Below, piece after piece: positions 1 through 8,609 of a DNA stretch of 32,000 bases. Location of the stretch: assembly GCA_030064935.1 (NCBI GenBank), contig JASJEA010000003.1:12013-44012 (forward strand). The letters are read 5' to 3'. Origin of the DNA: Crocosphaera sp. (GTDB lineage Bacteria > Cyanobacteriota > Cyanobacteriia > Cyanobacteriales > Microcystaceae). The position numbers were made by a program, and so were the translations under genes. Numbering within the stretch: position 1 is the stretch's first letter; each line of letters starts with the position of its first letter. The notes under the pieces are model-generated. The model worked only from the letters and a program-made list of their open reading frames with translations. It was not told the DNA's origin and did not search any database.

Positions 1-655
1 GCAGGCGATTATGCTGCATCGTGTTGCCCATCGCATCTATAGTATAGGGATTCCTTTTTTCCCTCGTTTGATCGCTCATGTGGCTCGTTTTTTTACCGGG
101 GTCGAAATTCATCCAGGGGCTAAAATTGGCACTGGAGTCTTTATCGATCACGGTATGGGTGTGGTTATTGGTGAAACGGCTGAAGTCGGGGACTACAGTT
201 TAATCTACCAAGGTGTCACCCTTGGGGGAACGGGAAAAGAAAGCGGTAAACGTCATCCTAGCCTCGGTAAAAATGTGGTTGTGGGCGCAGGGGCAAAAGT
301 GCTGGGTAATCTTAATATTGGTAATAATGTTAGGATTGGCGCAGGTTCTGTGGTCTTACGAAACGTTCCTTCTGATTGTACGGTAGTGGGCATTCCTGGG
401 CGTATTGTTCATCAGTCTGGGGTGAAAGTCAATCCTCTAGAACATGGAAACCTACCTGACTCAGAGGCTAAAGTTATTCGCTTATTGTTAGATAGAATTG
501 ATGCTTTAGAACAAAAAGTTCAGGTTTTACAGGAAGATAAAGTAAAACAAAGGGAATTAGCTGTTGGTGGAGTTTCTAGTTCTGATGATAATGATAGCCA
601 ACGTTGCTATTTAAAAGATAAAGAGATTGAGGAGTTCTTAGGCGGAACTATGTGA
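1..655 (+). CDS. cysE: Serine O-acetyltransferase, 5' end cut by the window edge
   Basis: Hexapeptide-repeat (left-handed beta-helix) region GAKIGTGVFIDHGMGVVIGETAEVG...GVTLGGTGKESGKRHPSLG...VVGAGAKVLGN typical of CysE. The frame is open back to base 2. The first residues (QAIMLHRVAHRIY) align to the interior of CysE, so the real start lies upstream of the window. Confidence 0.9.
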   Translation, partial: QAIMLHRVAHRIYSIGIPFFPRLIAHVARFFTGVEIHPGAKIGTGVFIDHGMGVVIGETAEVGDYSLIYQGVTLGGTGKESGKRHPSLGKNVVVGAGAKVLGNLNIGNNVRIGAGSVVLRNVPSDCTVVGIPGRIVHQSGVKVNPLEHGNLPDSEAKVIRLLLDRIDALEQKVQVLQEDKVKQRELAVGGVSSSDDNDSQRCYLKDKEIEEFLGGTM

Positions 656-714
656 GCTTCTAGAATTAATTATGTTCGATTGTAGAGAACGACTGCCGTT
701 GAACAAAATTGTCT

Positions 715-756
715 CCCTAACCCCGTCTAAAGTTTTCAATTTAGATGGGGTTAGGG
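715..756. terminator. 15-bp stem-loop between convergent cysE and cpcG (possible bidirectional terminator)
   Basis: ccctaaccccgtcta (715-729) pairs with tagatggggttaggg (742-756), with one G-U pair and a 12-nt loop. It sits between two convergent genes. The T-run is weak on both strands. Confidence 0.45.
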
Positions 757-981
757 AATCAGTAAATAAAGACGAAGCATCCTTATTGTCGCTTTTCTGG
801 GTTCTGCACAGCACATATTCTATAAGTTTTTCTAAATACTTTAAAGACCCAAAATACACGATTGACTAAAAAAGCGGGGAAAGTCACAGAACCATAGAAT
901 AACTTCATCTAGATGAGTAAATCATTCCATTGTTCCACGACTTTCCCAAAATGCTAATACTAGGCCAAAGAGGAGTTAAGA

Positions 982-1734
982 TTAACGACGGGGAACCCTG
1001 GACATATAATCAAGGTTTCCAGTAGATACTCTGGGGGTAGTGTTGCCTTTGGCACTAGGAAGACTACGAGCAGCATTTAAAAAATTGGCAGGATCGCCAG
1101 CTTTGGGCTGTTGCTCTTGGGGAATAAAACGACGGATTTCGTTTTGCCATATAATTTGAGGGAAGCCCAAAACACCACGATAATAGTCATCATAACGGGG
1201 AGATTTAATATTAAAGGGTAATTCCCCTCGATCCCTTCCGGGAAGGCTGCGACGACGTTGATAAGGAACCGTATCATAACCGAAGTTTTCTAGATACTCC
1301 TCGCTATTGAGTAACTCATCAATAAAACCACCATACCCTTTAGTCCCAACTATGATAGACCAACTGATTTTTTCATCTTCGCTGTAAACGTCACGGCCTA
1401 ATATTCGTTGAACACATTGTTCTACAAAACGATAGTTACTATTTTTTTCGTAGAAGCTGGTGAGAAAAGTATTAGAAAGCAGTAACCCACGAATAAAGTC
1501 CCGCACGGTGATTTGTCCGTTACGAAGTTGAGACTCTAAAAAAGGTTCGCGATCCCACTTAAAAGCATGGAAAAAGATTTGACGATAAGCCGCTTCAATT
1601 AAAACACCCATGTCCCCAGGAGAGAGAACATTTTCACTGGTAAAAATGATAGGTTGCTCGTCTCCTGGTATAGTGTATCCTTCCACTCGCGCATTTTGAG
1701 TTTTAGGCGCGTAATCTAAAAGAGGAATAGCCAA
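982..1734 (-). CDS. cpcG: Phycobilisome rod-core linker polypeptide (CpcG type)
   Basis: 250-aa ORF with N-terminus [20 protein letters not shown]-linker motifs are present: [72 protein letters not shown]. The C-terminus is not hydrophobic, so it is CpcG1-like rather than CpcL-like. Confidence 0.9.
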   Translation of the reverse strand: MAIPLLDYAPKTQNARVEGYTIPGDEQPIIFTSENVLSPGDMGVLIEAAYRQIFFHAFKWDREPFLESQLRNGQITVRDFIRGLLLSNTFLTSFYEKNSNYRFVEQCVQRILGRDVYSEDEKISWSIIVGTKGYGGFIDELLNSEEYLENFGYDTVPYQRRRSLPGRDRGELPFNIKSPRYDDYYRGVLGFPQIIWQNEIRRFIPQEQQPKAGDPANFLNAARSLPSAKGNTTPRVSTGNLDYMSRVPRR

Positions 1735-2032
1735 GTTTGAACCTCCGTTTTTTTTACAAAGTCTTAAAAACTGTAATCCTAATCATAAGGGAGTTGGGGA
1801 CAGTAGACAGTGGAATATTAACAATTGTTACAAGAAACATGAAAGAGATTATATCAAAACGCTGGAAAAGCCTGTCTTAAGAATTTATGATCATCAGATT
1901 TTCATCGAACTTAATGTTCTTCAACAGACATCTACATCTTTCAAATCAAGTTATTAATCAATGAACCTAAGGAAGTTGCTAACTCTCGCTCACGTATTTT
2001 TATGATAAATTATTAGGGTGGGACAAGTCCCT

Positions 2033-2105
2033 GCCACGTTAGCTCAGTTGGTAGAGCACATCACTCGTAATGATGGGGCCATCGGTTCAAGTCCGATACG
2101 TGGCT
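2033..2105 (+). tRNA. tRNA-Thr (anticodon CGU)
   Basis: A 73-nt cloverleaf folded by hand. Acceptor GCCACGT/ACGTGGC; D-arm GCTC-AGTTGGTA-GAGC; anticodon arm CATCA-CTCGTAA-TGATG (anticodon CGT); variable loop GGGCC; T-arm ATCGG-TTCAAGT-CCGAT; discriminator T. CCA is not encoded. Confidence 0.9.
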
Positions 2106-2203
2106 TCAAATCTTAAGTTTAGATTGAGTAGCAGGGGAATCTCTAGGATCAGGGACACTATACTTATATAGAGCTAACTTTAGGAGTCACTACACTGACA
2201 CTC

Positions 2204-2611
2204 GTGCGACCTCACAAGCCCGTAAAAATCGATTTGAATCAAGAATATCCCTGCCCGTGTCGGCGGCGAGGGCATCTTTTGCCCATTGTCTTAACGGAAG
2301 CCTTTGGCTGCGATCGCTGTCAGCAAATCTTTGTGGTTGAGGAAAATGGCCAAACTATTGAACAGTTATCGTCTAGTTACCCCTATAAACGAATTTGGCG
2401 TTGGACTGGCTATCGTTGGTTAATCGTCCGACCTGGTTTAAGGGATGGCTATCTACCCATCATGACGGGCATGATGGTAGTAATATTAATTGGATGGTTT
2501 TTGCTGGCATTACAATCATCCTTAAGCCCAGGTGTAGTCATTGGTATGGCTATAGCGGGTTTGTTAGTGATTGTTCCAGCAATTATCTTCTGGTTGGCCT
2601 ATCGATGTTAA
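2204..2611 (+). CDS. Hypothetical small membrane protein with N-terminal Cys-rich (zinc-ribbon-like) motif
   Basis: 135-aa ORF starting at GTG. It has a CPC...CDRC cysteine pattern followed by two hydrophobic helices (MTGMMVVILIGWFLLAL, VVIGMAIAGLLVIVPAIIFWLAY). I recognise no family, and the start codon is uncertain. Confidence 0.55.
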   Translation: MRPHKPVKIDLNQEYPCPCRRRGHLLPIVLTEAFGCDRCQQIFVVEENGQTIEQLSSSYPYKRIWRWTGYRWLIVRPGLRDGYLPIMTGMMVVILIGWFLLALQSSLSPGVVIGMAIAGLLVIVPAIIFWLAYRC

Positions 2612-2621
2612 GGCATATTTT

Positions 2622-3881
2622 ATGACCCCAGAAAATTCCCCTAACTTGTTGTTAACCTCCATCGAGCGATCTTATGAGGCTTATCTGAGTTTAGAAACCA
2701 GCGATAGTCAAGATCGCTCTTTAGGTATTAAAGCAATGGCAACAGGACTTAATAATGCCTTTGATGCCATTCTCGAAGCCAATACCCTCGATCTCGAAAT
2801 GAGTCGGGAAATGGCAGTTCCGGATATTCTCATCGATTGGTTAAAATTAACCCCTGAACGCTTAAGCAAAACCGTTGAAATTCTCCATTCTCTTGCCGAA
2901 CTGCCAGATCCTATCCAACAGGTATTTAATGCGCCTTATCGTCTTAATACGGCGGGAACTTATTGTCAATTAATGCCCTTGGGAATCGTGGCTTTAGTCT
3001 ATGAGACGTTTCCTGAGTTGGCTGCGATCGCCGCCGGTTTTTGTTTAAAAACCGGCAATAGTTTAATCTTACGAGGATGTAATGCTTCAACTCATTCTAA
3101 TCAAATAATTGCTGATGTCTTACAATCTGCCCTTAAAGAAGTACAAATGCCTAGAGGATGTTTGGAAGTGCTTTCAGGGGAAAATGGCATTTCTATTCAA
3201 GATTTAGTTACTCAAGACCAATGTCTCAGTTTAGTCATTCCCTATGGTCGTCCTAGTTTGGTACAGCAGGTTACTCAATGGGCAACGGCCCCTGTGTTAA
3301 AGTCGGCTATGGGTAATTGTTATTTATATTGGTCTCCAACGGTTGATTTAGATATGGTTCGTTGGGTAATTTTAGATAGTCATCAAAGTGAACCTGATCC
3401 AGTAAATGCTATTGAAAAAGTATTGATTAGTCCAACCCATAAACCATCTGTTTTAGTCCGTTTATTTAATATTTTGCAAGAAAATGGTTTTGAATTAAGG
3501 GGTGATGAGACTTTGTCAACTGAATTTAAAGACTATTTGAAGCCTGTTAAATCATCAGAATGGAATACCCCCTATTTAAGTAAAATTATTACTTTTAAAG
3601 TGGTTCAAGACTTATCTGAAGGGATTACTTGGATTAATAAATATAGTAGTGGTCATGCGGATTCTTTGGTGACAGATTCTTATTTAGAGAGTCGACAATT
3701 TTCCACTGAGATAGATAGTGCTTTAGTTTATATTAATAGTTCTCCTCGTTTTGATCGTCATCCCAATCAAGGAGAGGCTACCTTTTTAGGGGTTTCTAAT
3801 CAAAAAGGTCATTATCGGGGTTTAATTTCTCTCGAAACGTTTACTACTCTTAAACAAGTGGTTCAAGGTCAAGGAAAATAG
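2622..3881 (+). CDS. Gamma-glutamyl phosphate reductase (ProA)-like protein, divergent at catalytic positions
   Basis: ProA/ALDH-fold similarity runs over the whole length: LKLTPERL, PLGIVALVYE, CLKTGNSLILRG, NAIEKVLIS, HADSLVT, ALVYINSSPRF, ISLETFTTLKQ. I prefer the ATG at 2622 because the track start at 2571 overlaps the upstream gene. Where ProA has C-N-x-x-E-T-L-L, this protein has V-N-A-I-E-K-V-L (see findings). Confidence 0.8.
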   Translation: MTPENSPNLLLTSIERSYEAYLSLETSDSQDRSLGIKAMATGLNNAFDAILEANTLDLEMSREMAVPDILIDWLKLTPERLSKTVEILHSLAELPDPIQQVFNAPYRLNTAGTYCQLMPLGIVALVYETFPELAAIAAGFCLKTGNSLILRGCNASTHSNQIIADVLQSALKEVQMPRGCLEVLSGENGISIQDLVTQDQCLSLVIPYGRPSLVQQVTQWATAPVLKSAMGNCYLYWSPTVDLDMVRWVILDSHQSEPDPVNAIEKVLISPTHKPSVLVRLFNILQENGFELRGDETLSTEFKDYLKPVKSSEWNTPYLSKIITFKVVQDLSEGITWINKYSSGHADSLVTDSYLESRQFSTEIDSALVYINSSPRFDRHPNQGEATFLGVSNQKGHYRGLISLETFTTLKQVVQGQGK

Positions 3882-3886
3882 TTGTT

Positions 3887-5038
3887 TTAAGCTATGTTAT
3901 TCTTTTCTTCTAAACTTTGGGGGACATAGCGAAAACAGGGAATTTGAACTAAGGGCTGATTTAAAAAACCTCGTTGGGGATAATAATGAAAAAATTCTGA
4001 AACAAATGGCAAAAAACTAAAAATAAACCAAACCAGGAAAGTAACTATAATCAAACTACTTCGATAACTGATAGATAAGCTAGAAAGAATAATTTTCTGG
4101 ATTGATTTCTGCTGAGAATGATTCAGCTTAGGAGAAAATTGAAATTTCTGTAAGTAAGCAATTTCTTCTTCATGTAAATCATCTTCAGTAATGATATTTT
4201 TCTGCCAAGTTTGAACTAACATTCCAGAATAAATACATCCAGCCATCATTTTTAGAACAAAAAATAAACCCAAACAAATTATTCCTGTCAAGAAATAATA
4301 ATCATTCATCAATTCAAGAGCTTGTTGAGAATTAAGTTTTTCTAGGTTAGTATTTATCACAGGTAAAAATACAGGGATTATTTTAATAGTTAAAAGAATA
4401 AAACTACTAAATAAATAGCTGATAGCTAATACCAATAACTGTAATGGACGATGATAAATACCAATTTTTATTAACTTAAATGCAAAAAAAATACGCCAAT
4501 CTTTCGTTAAGCTATAACGGGCTTGTGCTAAGGGAACATAAAACATGATAATAGTAAAAAGAACAGTTCCTAAAAATCCGATAGTCCCCCCCGTTGCTGA
4601 TTCTTCATACATTTTATTAAAAGAAATATGCCAACCTGTATACCAAGCATAAACCCATAATAAACAAGGAAGAAATGTAAAATTCCAAGTTACTAAAATT
4701 CCTAAAAATCCAATTTTAAAATGCAGTTTTATTGAGTAGATAATACGATGTAACCATTTTAGTTGAGGATAATTAAGATATTTTATTCTCGAAGGATTTT
4801 CCCATAGTTTAGGATAAATATAGTTGCCTATATCTTGCTGATTATTCTTCTCTTGAATAATAAATTGATCCCATGTAACTGTTTTAGCGAGAGGAGATAA
4901 CTGAAAAAGACGACGTTTAACTAAATAACCAACCCATCTATAAGTCCATCCGAGAAGAATAATACCTGTTAATAGATCTTGACTGAAAAAAGTAGCACCT
5001 AAAACAAGAAATATTAAGCTTAATGTTCGTTTAATCAT
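3887..5038 (-). CDS. Polytopic integral membrane protein, unknown function
   Basis: 383-aa ORF with about 8 hydrophobic segments and no motif I recognise. Its start is 4 nt downstream of the stop of the 5043-6248 gene on the same strand, so co-transcription is likely. Confidence 0.7.
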   Translation of the reverse strand: MIKRTLSLIFLVLGATFFSQDLLTGIILLGWTYRWVGYLVKRRLFQLSPLAKTVTWDQFIIQEKNNQQDIGNYIYPKLWENPSRIKYLNYPQLKWLHRIIYSIKLHFKIGFLGILVTWNFTFLPCLLWVYAWYTGWHISFNKMYEESATGGTIGFLGTVLFTIIMFYVPLAQARYSLTKDWRIFFAFKLIKIGIYHRPLQLLVLAISYLFSSFILLTIKIIPVFLPVINTNLEKLNSQQALELMNDYYFLTGIICLGLFFVLKMMAGCIYSGMLVQTWQKNIITEDDLHEEEIAYLQKFQFSPKLNHSQQKSIQKIILSSLSISYRSSLIIVTFLVWFIFSFLPFVSEFFHYYPQRGFLNQPLVQIPCFRYVPQSLEEKNNIA

Positions 5039-5042
5039 CGTT

Positions 5043-6248
5043 TTACATGAATACCTCTTCTAAAATCTTCCCTTCTGCATAATCTGCATGAAACCCCATG
5101 ATTTTTGCGATGGTTGGTGCAATATCAATTTGAGAAACTCGACGCTCAATGATTTGATTTTTCTTGATTCCTTTACCCCAAAACAGTGCAAAAATTTCAT
5201 GAGCAGATTTTGAATTAAAATGATGTTGATAGGGAACCGCTAAGAATGGATTAGAATCCCTTCCACAGTCAGGCACAATACAAAATACTGTATTATCTCT
5301 ATATTCTTGAGCAAGTTTTATAGTATTAACTAATCTTTTAATTCCTTGATCAATAATAGAAATTCCTAGAGTATAATGAGATTTATAACCCCAATGAACA
5401 TAATCAGGATCATTATAATTAATCATTAGTAGTTTCGGTTTTAATCTTTGAATTGCCCATACTGCTAACTCTGTTAATAATCTATCACCTCTGGGATTAA
5501 CTAAACCAGTTTCTCCATATATTTTGTGCCATTCTTCCCAAAATTGAGTTAACTTAAAAGGCTCAGATAATTCTTGATTGAGCCGATAGTTTTTTTGTTG
5601 TAATTTTTCCAATTCTTTTTGTTTCTTTTCCAAAACTTTATCACTCAATTGATTAGAAAGAATTTGTTTTTTTAACAGATGAATTTTAAAGCGATAAAGA
5701 CTTAATACTTGAGAACGATAATTAACTCCAAATGAATGATGATTACTAAAGGAATAGAACTCCTCAGAAGTACGATCTTCTCCATTAATAATCAGAGTTT
5801 CTTCTTCTGGTATATGATATTGTTTTCTCAAATATTCAAATAGTGTAGGAACTGTCGGTTCAAAGCGATCGCTTAAAAATTTTTCTTCATATTTTTGATA
5901 TTTTCCTGTTAAGATATATAGAGTTCCTTGTCCATGACTGGTGGTAACATTTTTGCTCTGCTCTAATTCCATATTAGAAAAAAGTGTCCCTTCTTTAGCT
6001 AAAATATGCCGCATAAAAGGTGCGGATGTCCCTTGAATATTAATGGTTTCTTGACGACGAACTCCCCCACCAAAACGAATAATAATAACTCTCGGTTGCT
6101 GATAAGAAAACTCTCTTTTTTTCACTAGATATTGACTAGATAAGGAGGGATTAACTAACAGTGATGTTATCCCTGCTGTACCTAATTTTAGAGTTCGACG
6201 ACGATTAAATTTATGGTGTTCCATAGCCATGATTTTGATGATTTTCAT
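5043..6248 (-). CDS. Tat-signal protein of the alkaline-phosphatase superfamily (NPP / DUF1501 / sulfatase-like)
   Basis: The N-terminus HKFNRRRTLKLGTAGITSLLV resembles a twin-arginine signal. TTSHGQGTLYILTG resembles the NPP nucleophile motif T-x-P-N-H-x-x-x-x-TG. DPDYVHWGY resembles the D-x-x-H metal motif. The C-terminal PDCGRD...HH...IDIAPTIAKIMGF resembles the AP-superfamily C-terminal core. The assignment was made by eye. Confidence 0.65.
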   Translation of the reverse strand: MKIIKIMAMEHHKFNRRRTLKLGTAGITSLLVNPSLSSQYLVKKREFSYQQPRVIIIRFGGGVRRQETINIQGTSAPFMRHILAKEGTLFSNMELEQSKNVTTSHGQGTLYILTGKYQKYEEKFLSDRFEPTVPTLFEYLRKQYHIPEEETLIINGEDRTSEEFYSFSNHHSFGVNYRSQVLSLYRFKIHLLKKQILSNQLSDKVLEKKQKELEKLQQKNYRLNQELSEPFKLTQFWEEWHKIYGETGLVNPRGDRLLTELAVWAIQRLKPKLLMINYNDPDYVHWGYKSHYTLGISIIDQGIKRLVNTIKLAQEYRDNTVFCIVPDCGRDSNPFLAVPYQHHFNSKSAHEIFALFWGKGIKKNQIIERRVSQIDIAPTIAKIMGFHADYAEGKILEEVFM

Positions 6249-6518
6249 AATATCTATTAAATCAATTAAACTATTGAAAAAGTTGTAACCATTTATTTAT
6301 AATCAAAGGAATATTGAATTTTTGTTAGACACCACTCATGATTACAACCTATACTAGGGTATATAGTTTACTATTATTGAGCACAAAGAATCCAAATATA
6401 GCTCAAAGAATATTAGAAGAAAATCCTAAAGTTAATTTCTCTTTTTCTACTGTTTTAGAATATAAGGTTTAATTTTTACTAAAAATCTCTGATAAGAACT
6501 TCAATAAGAAATAATAAC

Positions 6519-8609
6519 ATGAATTATTCATTATTTAAACACGTCATTAAACTAATCATCATTTTCGCCTTAACTTTAAGCTTTATATTAACTTTACCAA
6601 CCCGTAGTGTAGGACAAATTCCTCTCTTTACAGCACCGACAAAAAATCCCATGACTAAAACACCACCTTGGGATCTAAATCAGGCTTATACTTGTGGAAG
6701 ATTTTGGTGTAGTAATGTTCATATTTATGATGATACTGCTAACTTAAGAAAGACTCTATTGACCCCAGAATTAACCGTAGCAGCCTTAAAAAAGCTAAAT
6801 CAACCTCTAGAAGTTGCTCAAGAATTAGAGCAACGAGCAAAATTAATTCAAGGGGTTTTTAATAACATTATTCTTAATATTATTGAGCAAGAAACTATTG
6901 AGGAAGATGATTATCTAGAAGATAATCTTAAGTTTTGGTTGCCAAGACACTTGAAAAAATTGTTTCATTTTTCTCAAATCAAACCTTATCATCCTTGGAC
7001 ACCTAAAGTTGAAATTGGCATTAGAAATAACCACATAGTTATCTATACGCCCGAACAATTTGAGTTAGGCATTCCAGCCCAAACAATTGTTACAGTAACT
7101 TCAATAGATGCGAAAGCCAATAGGACAACTATTGATAAATTAGCAAAAACTTGGCAAGAAGCAATTCGTTTATCTTTCAGCACTGCTTTTTGGGGATATG
7201 AATTTGATCGGAAATATTTTGGTTTACGATGGGTTAGTGCAGCCATAATTTTAGTGATTACATTGCTTATTATAGGGTTAATTGAATTTGTCCGAACCTT
7301 CTTTAAAAAATATACTAATCACCTAAGACATGAACTGCAAAAACTAACTAAGGAAATGGCAGTTTATGGTGAAGCAATTGGTTCTAGTAATAATCGGATA
7401 TCTGTTAATTTTGAGCAGGGTTCAGAACCATTAAATAACCAAAGGATTGAAAAACAGACAAATCCCCAAAAATCAATTACAAAAATTAAAGTTTTCTTTA
7501 AATTTTTTATAATTCCATATATTATTACTAGAAAACTAATTAAAAAAAATAAGTGGCTATATTCTACGTTAAAGTATTCTCAACAAAAGCTATTTTTAAG
7601 AAAGCAAACTTGGATTAAACAAAAGAGTAATTTTAGTAAATTGCTACTTAGTATATTGTTATTATTACAACTATTAACGATGGCTTTTGGCTTAACAATA
7701 ATAATATTCATATTTCGATCAACTCGCTTTTTTTCAGTCTATCTTCTAGGAGAAACAACAATTTTAATTGTCTTCTGGATTAGCTTAATTTTAGTAGATA
7801 AAATCTTAGATTTTATTGTTGATTATAGTCTTAATCGTTGGGCAAATGAAGCCCAAATCATTAATCCAGAATCTAATCGCTATACCTTACGAATTAATAC
7901 TTATTCTGTCACTCTTAAACAAGGGAAAAGTTTTGTTATTTTGGTTCTAGGATTTTATAGTAGTATCTGGTTAATAGGGTTTAATCCTTCTGTGTTAGCT
8001 GGGGCAGGAATTTTAACTGTTGCTATTGCTTTTCTGTCTCGAAATTTATTAGAAGATATGCTCAATGGGATCTTAATTTTATGGACCGATCGCTATGCTA
8101 TTGGAGATGTGATTGATGTTAATGGTATGGGAGGATTAGTTGAAAATATTAATTTATTTGTCACTTCTTTACGGAATTTAGATGGACAAGTGATTGCTAT
8201 TCCTAATAGTAAAATTTCCACAGTTATTAATCATACCAAAGATTGGTCCAGAGTTAATTTGACTATCAAAATTGCTTGGCATGAAAACATTAAAAAAGCC
8301 ATAAAAATTATGATTCAAGTCGCTCATGAAATGCAAAATGAAGCAGAATGGAGTTATAAATTTCTTGAAGCTCTAGAAGTTTTAGGGGTTGATGAGGTTT
8401 CCCATGAAGGGATATTAATTCATATTTTAATTAAAACTAAACCTAGTGAACATTGGTCTGTTGGTAGAGAATTTCGCTTACGAGTTAAAGAAGCATTTGA
8501 TAAGGAAAATATTACTTTAGGAATTCCTCATCACACAGTTTCTCTTATCAATAATTCTGATAATAATCAGAAATTATTATCTTATATAATACCCAAAGAA
8601 GATATTTAA
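6519..8609 (+). CDS. Mechanosensitive ion channel family (MscS-like) protein with a long N-terminal extension
   Basis: 696 aa with a signal/TM segment at the N-terminus and multiple TM helices. The MscS core is LLEDMLNGILILWTDRYAIGDVIDVNGMGGLVENINLFVTSLRNLDGQVIAIPNSKISTVINHTKDWSR. Confidence 0.85.
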   Translation: MNYSLFKHVIKLIIIFALTLSFILTLPTRSVGQIPLFTAPTKNPMTKTPPWDLNQAYTCGRFWCSNVHIYDDTANLRKTLLTPELTVAALKKLNQPLEVAQELEQRAKLIQGVFNNIILNIIEQETIEEDDYLEDNLKFWLPRHLKKLFHFSQIKPYHPWTPKVEIGIRNNHIVIYTPEQFELGIPAQTIVTVTSIDAKANRTTIDKLAKTWQEAIRLSFSTAFWGYEFDRKYFGLRWVSAAIILVITLLIIGLIEFVRTFFKKYTNHLRHELQKLTKEMAVYGEAIGSSNNRISVNFEQGSEPLNNQRIEKQTNPQKSITKIKVFFKFFIIPYIITRKLIKKNKWLYSTLKYSQQKLFLRKQTWIKQKSNFSKLLLSILLLLQLLTMAFGLTIIIFIFRSTRFFSVYLLGETTILIVFWISLILVDKILDFIVDYSLNRWANEAQIINPESNRYTLRINTYSVTLKQGKSFVILVLGFYSSIWLIGFNPSVLAGAGILTVAIAFLSRNLLEDMLNGILILWTDRYAIGDVIDVNGMGGLVENINLFVTSLRNLDGQVIAIPNSKISTVINHTKDWSRVNLTIKIAWHENIKKAIKIMIQVAHEMQNEAEWSYKFLEALEVLGVDEVSHEGILIHILIKTKPSEHWSVGREFRLRVKEAFDKENITLGIPHHTVSLINNSDNNQKLLSYIIPKEDI

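Noticed and set aside
638-869. Track ORFs 638-859 (-) and 672-869 (+) between cysE and cpcG.
   Set aside because: They are mirror-image ORFs spanning the 715-756 hairpin, with no recognisable motifs. This is most likely non-coding intergenic DNA.
2033-2105. tRNA-Thr as an integration hotspot for a genomic island.
   Set aside because: There is no integrase, no repeat of the tRNA 3' end downstream that I could find, and the flanking genes are ordinary cyanobacterial genes.
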